Of a DNA stretch of 64,000 nt, positions 50,931 through 60,005 are shown one piece after another (positions within the stretch are counted from its first letter, which is position 1; every line of letters begins with the position of its first letter). Location: positions 3,008 to 67,007 of the IMG/VR virus record IMGVR_UViG_3300006925_000014, one strand, 5' to 3'. The notes under the pieces were generated by a model. That model ran no database searches. It was given only the letters and a program-made list of their open reading frames with translations, and had not been told where the DNA came from. The stretch comes from a virus. The translations under genes and the position numbers were made by a program.

Positions 50931-51577
50931 AACTGATTACTGAACATACAGAAGAAGTAGAATACATTGTTGAATCCAAAGAGGATGGCAGCAAGAGCTA
51001 TGTCATTGAAGGTATCTTTGCCCAAGCAGAACAAAAGAACCGCAATGGAAGAATTTATCCAAAAGCAATTTTGGAATCAGCAGTTTCTAAGTATGATAAG
51101 GAGCAGGTGCGCACACAACGTGCAGTGGGTGAACTGAACCACCCTGCGGGACCAATCATTAACTTAGATAAAGTTTCCCATCGAATTACTGAACTAAAGT
51201 GGAACGGTAATGATGTGATGGGAAAGGCACTTATCCTTGACACACCTAATGGTCAGATTGTGAAAGGTCTCTTAGATGGTGGGGTTAAGCTGGGTGTTTC
51301 GACTCGTGGTATGGGAACTCTTGAGCAAAAAGGTGGAGTGAACATGGTCGGTAGTGACTTTGTTCTTAACACTGTAGATATCGTACAAGACCCATCTGCA
51401 CCATCAGCTTTCGTTAATGGTATTATGGAAGGTGTAGAGTGGATTTGGAATAACGGTGTCTTGGAAGCCCAAGAACTTGAAAGAATTGAGACTGAAATTA
51501 AGAATGCTTCTAGGTCTGACCGCTCTGCGGTTGAGATTCGGGAGTTTAAGAATTTCCTCTCTAAGATTAATCTTTAA
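50927..51577 (+). CDS. gp21: Prohead protease
   Basis: MKLITE, NRNGRIY, GELNHP, GVSTRGMG and DIVQDPSAP.AFV motifs. Confidence 0.97.
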   Translation: MKLITEHTEEVEYIVESKEDGSKSYVIEGIFAQAEQKNRNGRIYPKAILESAVSKYDKEQVRTQRAVGELNHPAGPIINLDKVSHRITELKWNGNDVMGKALILDTPNGQIVKGLLDGGVKLGVSTRGMGTLEQKGGVNMVGSDFVLNTVDIVQDPSAPSAFVNGIMEGVEWIWNNGVLEAQELERIETEIKNASRSDRSAVEIREFKNFLSKINL

Positions 51578-51589
51578 TAGGAGATAAAC

Positions 51590-52729
51590 ATGTCCGACCA
51601 AGAAATGTACGAAGACATTCAATCTGTTGAAGAGGTTATTGAGGAAGAAACTCAAGAATCTGATGAGGCAGTAGAAGTGTCTGAGGAAGCTGATGAAGTT
51701 TCCGAAGCAAAGAATGGTGTGGAAAGCCCTGAAGCAGCAATTGGTTCTGTCAATAAGGCAGCCCGTGCTGTTAAGAGCAAGGCAAAAGTTCCCGGTGGTG
51801 AAGCTGTTAAAGCACAACCAGCAGAAAAAATGCCTTCCACAAAAGCTGGTATGATCAATGCTATGTACAGTGAAATGTCCAAGATGAAGAAGTCAGACCT
51901 TCAGGCTGGCTACGGTAAAATCATGGCACAAATGAAAATGAAAGTACATGAAGATGCTGAAGCAGAAGATTTTGATGCAGATGACATTCATGAAAAAGCA
52001 GCAGCAGTATCTGTTGATGTAACTGCTGATATGAATGCTCTGGTAGAATCCGAAGCTACTCTTTCCGAATCCTTCAAGGATAAGGCAGCAGTAATTATGG
52101 AAGCTGCGGTTAAGTCCAAGGTTTCTGAAGAAGTATCTCGCATTGAATCTGAACTTCAAGAAGAATTTGATGAAGAACTGAAGACTACCCGTGAAGAAAT
52201 GGTAGAGCAAATTGATGGATACCTGAGCTACGTTGTAGAAAAGTTCATGGAAGAAAACAAACTGGCTATCGAGTCTGGTCTGCGTGCAGAACTGGCAGAA
52301 GACTTTATGGTAGGTCTGAAGAACCTCTTCACAGAATCTTATGTTGACGTTCCTGAGTCTAAAGTTGATCTGGTAGATGAACTGCAAACTCAAGTTAACG
52401 ACCTTGAAGAAAAACTCAATGAATCCACAGAAACCTCTATCTACATGTATGGTGAACTGGAAGCACTGAAGCGTGATGCTATCATCCGTGAACATTCCCG
52501 TGATCTTGCTGAAACACAGGTAGAGAAGTTGAAAGCCTTAGCTGAAGATGTAGATTTTGAAGATGAAGAAACTTTCGCTCAGAAGGTATCTACCATCAAA
52601 GAATCTTACTTCACAAAGAAAACCCCATCGGTTGTAGGTGAGGAAGTAGTAGAGGAAGTAGAAGAGGAAGAAGTTTCCGATTCTATGGCTCGTTACGTCT
52701 CTGCAATCAAAAGAACTGTAAAACAATAA
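51590..52729 (+). CDS. gp22: Prohead scaffold protein
   Basis: LSESFK.KA..IMEAAV, YL.YVVE..M.EN.LA, GLK.LF.E.Y and IKESYF motifs. Confidence 0.93.
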   Translation: MSDQEMYEDIQSVEEVIEEETQESDEAVEVSEEADEVSEAKNGVESPEAAIGSVNKAARAVKSKAKVPGGEAVKAQPAEKMPSTKAGMINAMYSEMSKMKKSDLQAGYGKIMAQMKMKVHEDAEAEDFDADDIHEKAAAVSVDVTADMNALVESEATLSESFKDKAAVIMEAAVKSKVSEEVSRIESELQEEFDEELKTTREEMVEQIDGYLSYVVEKFMEENKLAIESGLRAELAEDFMVGLKNLFTESYVDVPESKVDLVDELQTQVNDLEEKLNESTETSIYMYGELEALKRDAIIREHSRDLAETQVEKLKALAEDVDFEDEETFAQKVSTIKESYFTKKTPSVVGEEVVEEVEEEEVSDSMARYVSAIKRTVKQ

Positions 52730-52748
52730 TTAAGGAAGGTGTATAGAA

Positions 52749-54089
52749 ATGCAAGCTCCTGTATCTTACGACAATCTCGTAAAAAAGTGGGCTCCAGTAC
52801 TGAATGAAGAAACTGCTGGACCTATTTCCGACCATTACCGTAAGCAAGTAACTGCTGCGATTCTGGAAAACCAAGAACGTGCTATGCGTGAAGAAGCTGC
52901 TCAGTCCTCTTTTGGTCAGCTTAACGAGTACGGCACTGATACCTCTAAGGTTGACAACTTTGATCCAGTATTGATTTCTCTGGTTCGTCGTGCTATGCCT
53001 AACCTGATCGCATATGATCTGTGTGGTGTACAGCCAATGACTGGTCCTACTGGTCTCATCTTTGCGATGAAGTCCAAGTACAAGACCACTAAGGGTGCTG
53101 TTACTGATTCTGATGAGGCTCTGTTCTCTGAAGCTCAGACTGGCTTCTCTGGTGACTCCGCATTCTCGCAAGGCACTGACCCATCCGGTCTTGGTGACTC
53201 TGCGTTTGCTGGTGACTCCGACATTGATAACAACCGTTCTACAGACATTTACGGTGAAGGTATCTCCACTGCTGATGCTGAAGCACTCGGTTCTACTGGT
53301 GCTGCTTTTGCAGAGATGGGTTTCACCATCGACAAGTCCACAGTAACTGCTAAGTCCCGTGCACTCAAAGCTGAGTACACAATGGAACTGGCACAAGACC
53401 TGAAAGCAATTCATGGTCTGGATGCTGAGACAGAACTCGCAAACATTCTGTCTGCTGAAATCCTTGCGGAAATTAACCGTGAAGTTATCCGTACCATTAA
53501 CTCCCAAGCTAAGACAGGTTGCCAGACAGTAACTGGTTCCACTTCTTCTAAGGGTATCTTTGACCTTCAGGTAGATGCTGATGGTCGTTGGTCCGTTGAA
53601 AAGTTCAAGGGTCTGATCTTCCAGCTTGAGCGTGAAGCAAACCAGATTGCTAAAGACACCAGACGTGGACGTGGTAACTTTGTTCTGTGTTCCTCTGATG
53701 TAGCATCCGCATTTGCTGCTGCTGGTTACCTTGACTACACCCCTGCACTTTCTAGCAACATGAATGTTGATGACACAGGCAACACTTTTGCTGGTGTACT
53801 TAACGGTAAGCACAGAGTGTACATTGACCCATATGCAACCAATGACTACATTACCACTGGTTACAAGGGTTCCAATGCATACGACGCTGGTGTATTCTAC
53901 TGCCCATACGTTCCATTAACAATGGTTCGTGCGATTGGTGAGAACACCTTCCAGCCAAAGATTGGTTTCAAGACTCGTTACGGCATGGTATCCAACCCAT
54001 TCGTTGGTGCTACACCTGCAAACGGTCTGGCTGCTGCTAAGTCTAACCAGTACTACAGAATCTTTAGGGTTGATAATATTCTGGCATAA
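52749..54089 (+). CDS. gp23: Major capsid protein
   Basis: GVQPMTGPTGLIFAM, SRALKAEYT.ELAQDLKAIHGLDAE and FQPKIGFKTRYG motifs. Confidence 0.99.
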   Translation: MQAPVSYDNLVKKWAPVLNEETAGPISDHYRKQVTAAILENQERAMREEAAQSSFGQLNEYGTDTSKVDNFDPVLISLVRRAMPNLIAYDLCGVQPMTGPTGLIFAMKSKYKTTKGAVTDSDEALFSEAQTGFSGDSAFSQGTDPSGLGDSAFAGDSDIDNNRSTDIYGEGISTADAEALGSTGAAFAEMGFTIDKSTVTAKSRALKAEYTMELAQDLKAIHGLDAETELANILSAEILAEINREVIRTINSQAKTGCQTVTGSTSSKGIFDLQVDADGRWSVEKFKGLIFQLEREANQIAKDTRRGRGNFVLCSSDVASAFAAAGYLDYTPALSSNMNVDDTGNTFAGVLNGKHRVYIDPYATNDYITTGYKGSNAYDAGVFYCPYVPLTMVRAIGENTFQPKIGFKTRYGMVSNPFVGATPANGLAAAKSNQYYRIFRVDNILA

Positions 54090-54108
54090 TAACAACTATA
54101 AATGTCAA

Positions 54109-54116
54109 TATAAATA
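54109..54116 (+). promoter_or_regulatory. T4-type late promoter for gp3
   Basis: TATAAATA immediately before the gp23 terminator hairpin. Confidence 0.7.
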
Positions 54117-54118
54117 CT

Positions 54119-54144
54119 GGGGGAGCAACTGCTCCCCCTTTTTT
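54119..54144 (+). terminator. Rho-independent terminator after gp23
   Basis: GGGGGAGC-aact-GCTCCCCC followed by TTTTTT. Confidence 0.9.
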
Positions 54145-54157
54145 GTTGGAGATTTAA

Positions 54158-54673
54158 ATGGTAGAAGTATTAACAGCAAATAAAAATTACTTGCAACCTA
54201 CTGGTTTTCGAGTAGTTATTGATAGAGAAAATTATCCTAACTTAGAATTCTTTGCACAGAGTGTAAACCACCCTGACGTTTCAATGACTGCTCCTAGTGT
54301 TCCATACCCTCGTATCGGTAATGTGAGTTTACCGGGTGATACTGTTGAATATTCTGAATTAAGTATTCAGTTTCTTTTAGATGAAGACATGACTTCTTAC
54401 CTTGAACTGTACAATTGGTTTGAGAGTATGGTCAATGAGAACTTTGCTGGTCCGGGTGCAAGGTCTTCTAGGAATTCAGACAGGGTTCCTACCCAAGCAG
54501 ATATTTCTGTTTCTATTCTTTCTAGTCACAATAATCAAACAAAAAGAGTAATTTACAAAGGATGTAGTCCAACATCTTTAAGTGGTCTACAACTTACCTC
54601 TATTGCAACCAGTGTAGAATATTTAACATTTGATGTTTCCTTTACATTTACAGGCTTTGAATTTAAAGGGTAG
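54158..54673 (+). CDS. gp3: Tail tube terminator/completion protein gp3
   Basis: NYLQPTGFR, EFF.Q.V..P, PGD.V.Y..L.I.FLLDEDM..Y.E.YNW motifs; follows gp23. Confidence 0.85.
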   Translation: MVEVLTANKNYLQPTGFRVVIDRENYPNLEFFAQSVNHPDVSMTAPSVPYPRIGNVSLPGDTVEYSELSIQFLLDEDMTSYLELYNWFESMVNENFAGPGARSSRNSDRVPTQADISVSILSSHNNQTKRVIYKGCSPTSLSGLQLTSIATSVEYLTFDVSFTFTGFEFKG

Positions 54674-54684
54674 TGTGCTATAAT
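54657..54684 (+). promoter_or_regulatory. Sigma70-type promoter upstream of uvsY
   Basis: TTGAAT-16 nt-TATAAT with extended -10 TGc. Confidence 0.6.
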
Positions 54685-54718
54685 AAGTAGATTATAACTA
54701 CACACACAGGATTATATA

Positions 54719-55168
54719 ATGAAACTTGATTTAGAAAGCATCTTAGAGATGTGGAAAGAAGATTGTGAGATTGAAGAATTTAAATTAGATGAATCTTCCA
54801 GAAAGACACCTTCTCTACATGCAAAGTATCTAGAGATACGTTCTCTCACAAAACTCAGATTACAAGAAGCAGAACTTGCGCAGAAAACCCTGCTCAAGAA
54901 TAAATGGGCATACTATAATGGTAAAATGGATGAAGATACCATTAGAGAGTTTGGCTGGGAATTTGATCCGTTCAACGGTCTAAAGGTAATGAAGGGTGAT
55001 ATGAATCACTTCTATGACTCAGACACAGACATTCAAAAGTCTGAAGTCAAGATTACCTATTATAAAACTATGTTGGAAACTCTTGAAGAAATAATTAATA
55101 ACTTGAAATGGCGACACTCCACTATCAAAAATATGATTGATTGGCGGAAGTTTGAGTCGGGAGGCTGA
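54719..55168 (+). CDS. uvsY: Recombination mediator UvsY
   Basis: MW.EDC.I, P.LHAKYL, YYNGK and IKNMIDWRKF.SG motifs. Confidence 0.92.
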   Translation: MKLDLESILEMWKEDCEIEEFKLDESSRKTPSLHAKYLEIRSLTKLRLQEAELAQKTLLKNKWAYYNGKMDEDTIREFGWEFDPFNGLKVMKGDMNHFYDSDTDIQKSEVKITYYKTMLETLEEIINNLKWRHSTIKNMIDWRKFESGG

Positions 55169-55169
55169 T

Positions 55170-55556
55170 ATGACATTATTTGTGAATGAAGAATTTACTT
55201 CTCATGCTGGTCTACAACTAGGATGGAAGATCGAAATGGATGCACTCTATATGAGTGACTGGCGTTGTCTTGCTAAGATTATTCTAGAATATGAGAAGCG
55301 CCCATTTCGTGAAGCAGTAGGTATTCCCCGTGGTGGTAAACGTCTAGGTGATATTCTAAATGAATCTGCTACAGGCAATCCTGATGACCCTGTTTTGATT
55401 GTTGATGATGTATATACAACAGGCACTAGTTTCAGAGAATATATTGAAGAGAATTATCCTGATGATAATGTCATTTGTTGGGTTGTGTTTGCTCGCAATA
55501 AAATCTACAAGAGACATATCAAAGCATTATTTCAAATGCCATCTAAGCCTGAATAA
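55170..55556 (+). CDS. Type I phosphoribosyltransferase-like protein
   Basis: GGAGG RBS; F.SHAG..L.WKIE.D, GIPRGG and PRPP-binding loop LIVDDVYTTGTS. Confidence 0.75.
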   Translation: MTLFVNEEFTSHAGLQLGWKIEMDALYMSDWRCLAKIILEYEKRPFREAVGIPRGGKRLGDILNESATGNPDDPVLIVDDVYTTGTSFREYIEENYPDDNVICWVVFARNKIYKRHIKALFQMPSKPE

Positions 55557-57037
55557 TGACAGATTTAGTAGTTAGACAGAAAAACTATTCCGCATTAGAA
55601 ATTCAGTGTGAACCTCATGTAGCAAATGAATTGAATGATTTCTTCTCGTTTGAAACACCGGGATACAAATACATGCCATCCTACAAGAACGGTAGATGGG
55701 ATGGTAAAACACGTTTGTTTAATGTTCGTAATAATGAACTGCCTGTAGGTCTATGGGAGTATCTGTCTGATTTTATTAAACCAAGAAACTATACACTTGG
55801 TGTGGAGTATGATAATCAGTATGGTACACCTGATGGAAAACTAGCAGTTAGACCCAAAGATGTTTATGATTTTATTCAGAAACTGAACTTACCTTTTGAA
55901 GTGAGGGACTATCAGTTTGATGCTATCTGTCAGGCACTACAGTCCAGACGTGCTATTCTACTGTCACCTACAGGTTCTGGCAAGTCACTAATTATCTATG
56001 TTTTGATGATGTGGTATCTAGAACATTATAACAAACGGTTGCTTATTGTTGTTCCCACTACTGGTCTTGTTCAGCAGATGTTCTCTGACTTTGAAAACTA
56101 TGGGCTTGAAGCAGGTGAAGTCTGTCACAGAATCTATTCTGGTATGCCTAAGCACGATATTAAACAACGTGTATTCATTTCTACATGGCAGTCAATCTAT
56201 AAACTACCTAGTGGTTGGTTTGAACAGTTTGGTTGTATCTTTGGTGATGAAGTGCATAACTTCAAAGCAAAATCATTATCTGGTATTATGAACAAATCTA
56301 GAGAAGCAGAGTTTCGTATTGGATTGACAGGAACGTTAGATGGGACGCAATGTCACAAACTTGTGCTAGAAGGTCTATTTGGTCGTGTTCGTAAAGTAAC
56401 CACGACAAAAAAACTTATGGATAATGATACACTTGCAGAACTAAAGATTAATATCCTTGCTCTAAAGTATCCTCCTGAAGTTTGCCGTGATATTATAAAT
56501 ACTAAAGATTACCATTATGAAATTGACTACCTTGTTAGTAATATCAAACGTAATAGACTCATTCAAAATCTAGCATTAGATCAGGAAGGCAATACTCTTG
56601 TTCTATTTCAGTATGTAGAAAAGCATGGTAAAGTTATCTATGACTTAATCAAGGATAAAGCACATGAACGGCGTAAGGTTTTCTTCGTATCAGGTGAAGT
56701 TGATGCTGAAGTCAGAGAAGAAATACGGGGCATTGTTGAACAACAGAAAAATGCTATCATTGTGGCTAGCCTTGGTACGTTCTCCACGGGTGTAAATATT
56801 CGCAATCTTCATAATATTATTTTTGCATCTCCATCTAAATCACAAGTAAAAGTATTACAGTCTATCGGTCGTGGACTTAGAAAGTCTGAAGATGGTAGAC
56901 CTACAGTGCTTTATGATTTGATGGATGATATGCATTATAGACAGAAAAAGAACTACACACTCTTACATGGTCTGGAAAGAATGAGGATATATAAGAAAGA
57001 AGATTTCTCTTTTGAAATACACGAAATCAAAATGTAG
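55556..57037 (+). CDS. uvsW: RNA-DNA/DNA helicase UvsW
   Basis: [28 protein letters not shown] and LQSIGRGLR motifs. Confidence 0.96.
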   Translation: MTDLVVRQKNYSALEIQCEPHVANELNDFFSFETPGYKYMPSYKNGRWDGKTRLFNVRNNELPVGLWEYLSDFIKPRNYTLGVEYDNQYGTPDGKLAVRPKDVYDFIQKLNLPFEVRDYQFDAICQALQSRRAILLSPTGSGKSLIIYVLMMWYLEHYNKRLLIVVPTTGLVQQMFSDFENYGLEAGEVCHRIYSGMPKHDIKQRVFISTWQSIYKLPSGWFEQFGCIFGDEVHNFKAKSLSGIMNKSREAEFRIGLTGTLDGTQCHKLVLEGLFGRVRKVTTTKKLMDNDTLAELKINILALKYPPEVCRDIINTKDYHYEIDYLVSNIKRNRLIQNLALDQEGNTLVLFQYVEKHGKVIYDLIKDKAHERRKVFFVSGEVDAEVREEIRGIVEQQKNAIIVASLGTFSTGVNIRNLHNIIFASPSKSQVKVLQSIGRGLRKSEDGRPTVLYDLMDDMHYRQKKNYTLLHGLERMRIYKKEDFSFEIHEIKM

Positions 57038-57039
57038 AT

Positions 57040-57717
57040 ATGTATAATATGTTTTATATATACGCATATTTGCGCAAAGACGGCACACCTTACTATATTG
57101 GTAAGGGTAAAGACAATCGAGCATTCTCTAATACTGGTAGAGCTTTCAGGCGACCAAAAGATGAAAATCGTATTGTTATAATGGAATCAAACTTGACTGA
57201 GTTAGGTGCTTTCGCATTAGAGAGAAGATATATAGAATGGTATGGTCGTAAAGATTTAGAAACTGGCACCCTACACAATCGCACGGATGGTGGTGACGGT
57301 ATACACGGATACAAACACTCACCTGAGTCCATAAAAAAGATGAGTGAAGCACATAAGGGCAAAAAGCTTTCTGAAGAGCATAAAAGAAAAGTGAGTGATG
57401 CTCTTAGTGGTAGAAAGCTTTCTGAAGAACATAAAAGAAAAATGAGTGAGTTACGCAAGGGTAAAAAGCTTTCTGAAGAGCATAAAAGAAAAGTGAGTGA
57501 TGCTCTTAGTGGTAGAAAGCTTTCAGAAGAGCATAAAAGAAAAGTGAGTGATGCTCTTAGTGGTAGAAAGCTTTCTGAAGAACATAAAAGAAAAATGAGT
57601 GCTGCTCAAAAGGGATTCAAACAAGAAATCGTAACTTGCCCTTATTGTCAAAAAACTGGTGGGAAAAACATTATGATGAGGTGGCATTATGAAAACTGTA
57701 AACAAAAAAGAACTTAG
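57040..57717 (+). mobile_element. Free-standing homing endonuclease (GIY-YIG-like plus NUMOD3 repeats)
   Basis: [44 protein letters not shown] repeats and C-terminal CPYC..C. Confidence 0.85.
57361..57615 (+). repeat. NUMOD3 coding tandem repeats, 51-bp period, 5 units
   Basis: aagctttc(t/a)gaaga(g/a)cataaaagaaaa repeated five times. Confidence 0.9.
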
Positions 57718-57845
57718 AGAAAAAAGCAACTGATCATATAAACTTTCTCTTAGCAAGAGGCTATATAGATGAGAGTCAAAGAGATATAATGATAAAAAGA
57801 TACTACGATCAGTTACTGAAGGATAATGGTTATGTCGGAACTTGA
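57689..57845 (+). pseudogene. Small ORF interrupted by one extra A in an A6 run (frameshift or sequencing error)
   Basis: GAGGTG RBS and ATG at 57689; removing one A at 57720-57725 gives [51 protein letters not shown]. Confidence 0.5.
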
Positions 57846-58224
57846 TGATTATGGTGAAGAATTTGAGGATGATCGTCCACGGGTATTCAAACTGATTACC
57901 GGAGAAGAGATTGTTACAACTGTCATTAGAACAGATGATACTTTCTTTGTAATAGAAGTTCCTTTAGAGATTAGATACAATTCTGTTAAGCAATCTTTGT
58001 TTCTAACCAAATGGATGTTTGGTGCTGACTACTCTAAGGTAATGACCTTGGCAGGTGCTTCTATTGTTTCTGTTTCTACACCTGAAGATATTGTATCAGA
58101 AAACTATGCTGAATACAGGAAACAATTAATTGAAAGTATGTTAGAAGAAAAAGAAGAAGAATCTAAAGAAGAATATGCTCAGATAAATATTGAGGCTGAT
58201 GAAGATACACCGACTCTACATTAA
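57826..58224 (+). CDS. Conserved T4-like hypothetical protein (Sm-like fold)
   Basis: FKLITGEEIV and KWM motifs; lies between uvsW and gp55; start may be 57832. Confidence 0.65.
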   Translation: MVMSELDDYGEEFEDDRPRVFKLITGEEIVTTVIRTDDTFFVIEVPLEIRYNSVKQSLFLTKWMFGADYSKVMTLAGASIVSVSTPEDIVSENYAEYRKQLIESMLEEKEEESKEEYAQINIEADEDTPTLH

Positions 58225-58256
58225 TGTATATTCCCCCGGGCCCCAAAACCAATAGG

Positions 58257-58285
58257 ATTATATACCAATTTTTATAATTTGTCAA
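58257..58285 (-). promoter_or_regulatory. Consensus sigma70 promoter on the minus strand
   Basis: Reverse complement reads TTGACA-aattataaaaattggta (17 nt)-TATAAT. Confidence 0.7.
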
Positions 58286-58298
58286 GCAAAAAAATAAC

Positions 58299-58327
58299 TT
58301 GACAGATGAATATATTTTTAGTATAAT
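58299..58327 (+). promoter_or_regulatory. Consensus sigma70 promoter for gp55
   Basis: TTGACA-17 nt-TATAAT preceded by an A tract. Confidence 0.85.
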
Positions 58328-58360
58328 GTTTAGATTATTAAACCATTTAAGGTATTATGT

Positions 58361-58951
58361 ATGAAACGTAAAGACAGCAATTACATTAACAATAAAGAAT
58401 TTTCACAGGCAGTCTTTACATATGTAGAAGAATGTAATGAATGTAAAAAGAAAGGTATTGAAGTTCCTGTTGTACCTAACTATGTTGCTCTTGGGTTTCA
58501 ACAAATTGCTGAAGGGTTATCACACAGACCTAACTTCATTTCCTATTCATATAGAGACGAAATGGTAATGGATGCTGTAGAGAATTGTCTAAAAGCAATT
58601 CGTAACTATAATATTGAGGCTGCTACCCGCACAGGTAATCCTAATGCTTTTGCATATTTTACACAAATCTCCTACTATGCTTTCTTGCGTCGTATTGCCA
58701 AAGAAAAGAAACAGCAAGAAATTAAAGATATTTACTTTGAAAATTCCTTTGCGGCTGACTTGATTGAAGGATCATCTAATCAAGATGAAACCTCACGCCA
58801 TATCACTCATGCTGCTATTGAATCTGCAAAAATGAAGATGAATGAAAATAAAGAGTTGACAGATGACGAATATATTGCTATGCTAGAGGATAGTTTACCT
58901 AAAAAACGTATTCGCAAAACTAACGACTCTGATATAACGGAATTCCTATAA
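58361..58951 (+). CDS. gp55: Late-transcription sigma factor
   Basis: YINNKEF, IAEGLSHRPNFI.YSYRDEMV.D.VENCL and NAFAYFTQI.YYAFLRRI.KEKKQ motifs. Confidence 0.96.
   Translation: MKRKDSNYINNKEFSQAVFTYVEECNECKKKGIEVPVVPNYVALGFQQIAEGLSHRPNFISYSYRDEMVMDAVENCLKAIRNYNIEAATRTGNPNAFAYFTQISYYAFLRRIAKEKKQQEIKDIYFENSFAADLIEGSSNQDETSRHITHAAIESAKMKMNENKELTDDEYIAMLEDSLPKKRIRKTNDSDITEFL
58856..58884 (+). promoter_or_regulatory. Internal sigma70 promoter for gp47
   Basis: TTGACA-17 nt-TATGCT with TGc extension; shares TTGACAGATGA with the gp55 promoter. Confidence 0.6.
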
Positions 58952-58952
58952 T

Positions 58953-60005
58953 ATGAAAATTGCTCTACTGAACGATACCCATTGCGGCATTCGTAACTCT
59001 GGTGATATCTTTCTTGATAATGCTGCTAAATTTTATGATGAAGTGTTCTTTCCTTATGTGAAAGAGCATAATATCAAGCAGATTGTTCATTTAGGAGACT
59101 ACTATGACAACCGTAAAGCAATCAATATCAAAGCTTTACACCACAATAGAAAGCACTTTCTTGAGCCTATGCGAGAATTGGGAATTAGAATGGATATTAT
59201 TCCCGGTAATCATGATACTTATTATAAAGATACCAATAATCCAAACTCTCTCAAGGAGCTACTCGGGTTCTTTATCAATGAAGTTGCAATCATTGAAAAA
59301 GCCAAAGTATTGACATATGATAACCTCAAGTTTGCCTTGGTGCCTTGGATAAATAAAAGTAACTATGAAGAAACTATGGATTTTGTCCGTAACTGTAAGG
59401 CGGATATTTTAGGTGGTCACCTTGAACTAAGTGGGTTTGATATGATGCGTGGCCTTAAAAATGAACACGGGATGGACCCTTCCCCATTTAAAAGGTTTGA
59501 TATGGTTTTTTCTGGTCACTACCATACAAAATCTAATATTGATAATATTCATTATCTTGGCACTCAACTAGAATTCTTCTGGTCTGATGCTGGTGATAAG
59601 AAGCATTTTCATGTTTTAGATACAGAAACCCGTGAGCTATCAGCAATTCACAACCCACATACTCTCTTCAAAAAAATTGTTTACAATGATGAAAAATACG
59701 AGTATAATAGTGTTCAGAATTTGAAAGATAAGTTTGTAAAAGTAGTTGTGGTAAAGAAAACTAATCCTAAGATGTTTGAAGACTTTATTGATATGATTCA
59801 AGAGCAAGACATTCATGAACTGAAGATTGCTGAGAACTTTGATGATGTTTTGTCTGATGTTGATGATGCTAAGATTTCTTTAGAAGACACCACAACACTG
59901 CTAGATAGTTATGTAGATGCTATTAGAACTGATCTAAGTAAAGATAGATTGAAAACTGATATGCGAAATCTCTACAATCAAGCGCAGACATTGGAATTAG
60001 TATGA
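58953..60005 (+). CDS. gp47: Recombination endonuclease subunit (Mre11/SbcD-like)
   Basis: DTH.G.R, HLGD..D.RK, GNHD, GHLEL.GF and SGHYH phosphoesterase motifs. Confidence 0.95.
   Translation: MKIALLNDTHCGIRNSGDIFLDNAAKFYDEVFFPYVKEHNIKQIVHLGDYYDNRKAINIKALHHNRKHFLEPMRELGIRMDIIPGNHDTYYKDTNNPNSLKELLGFFINEVAIIEKAKVLTYDNLKFALVPWINKSNYEETMDFVRNCKADILGGHLELSGFDMMRGLKNEHGMDPSPFKRFDMVFSGHYHTKSNIDNIHYLGTQLEFFWSDAGDKKHFHVLDTETRELSAIHNPHTLFKKIVYNDEKYEYNSVQNLKDKFVKVVVVKKTNPKMFEDFIDMIQEQDIHELKIAENFDDVLSDVDDAKISLEDTTTLLDSYVDAIRTDLSKDRLKTDMRNLYNQAQTLELV

Noticed and set aside
52707-53813. 368-aa minus-strand ORF and the other minus-strand ORFs in the track
   Set aside because: They are antisense shadows of well-conserved + strand genes with biased codon usage and have no recognisable motifs.
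56494-56501. TATAAATA inside uvsW (also at 20777 inside the glycosyltransferase gene)
   Set aside because: Intragenic matches in AT-rich sequence could be chance; not enough support to call, though 20777 could serve ORF20919.
44771-57037. Introns or inteins in gp17, gp20, gp23 or uvsW
   Set aside because: Lengths are normal and motifs are contiguous; no insertion is evident.
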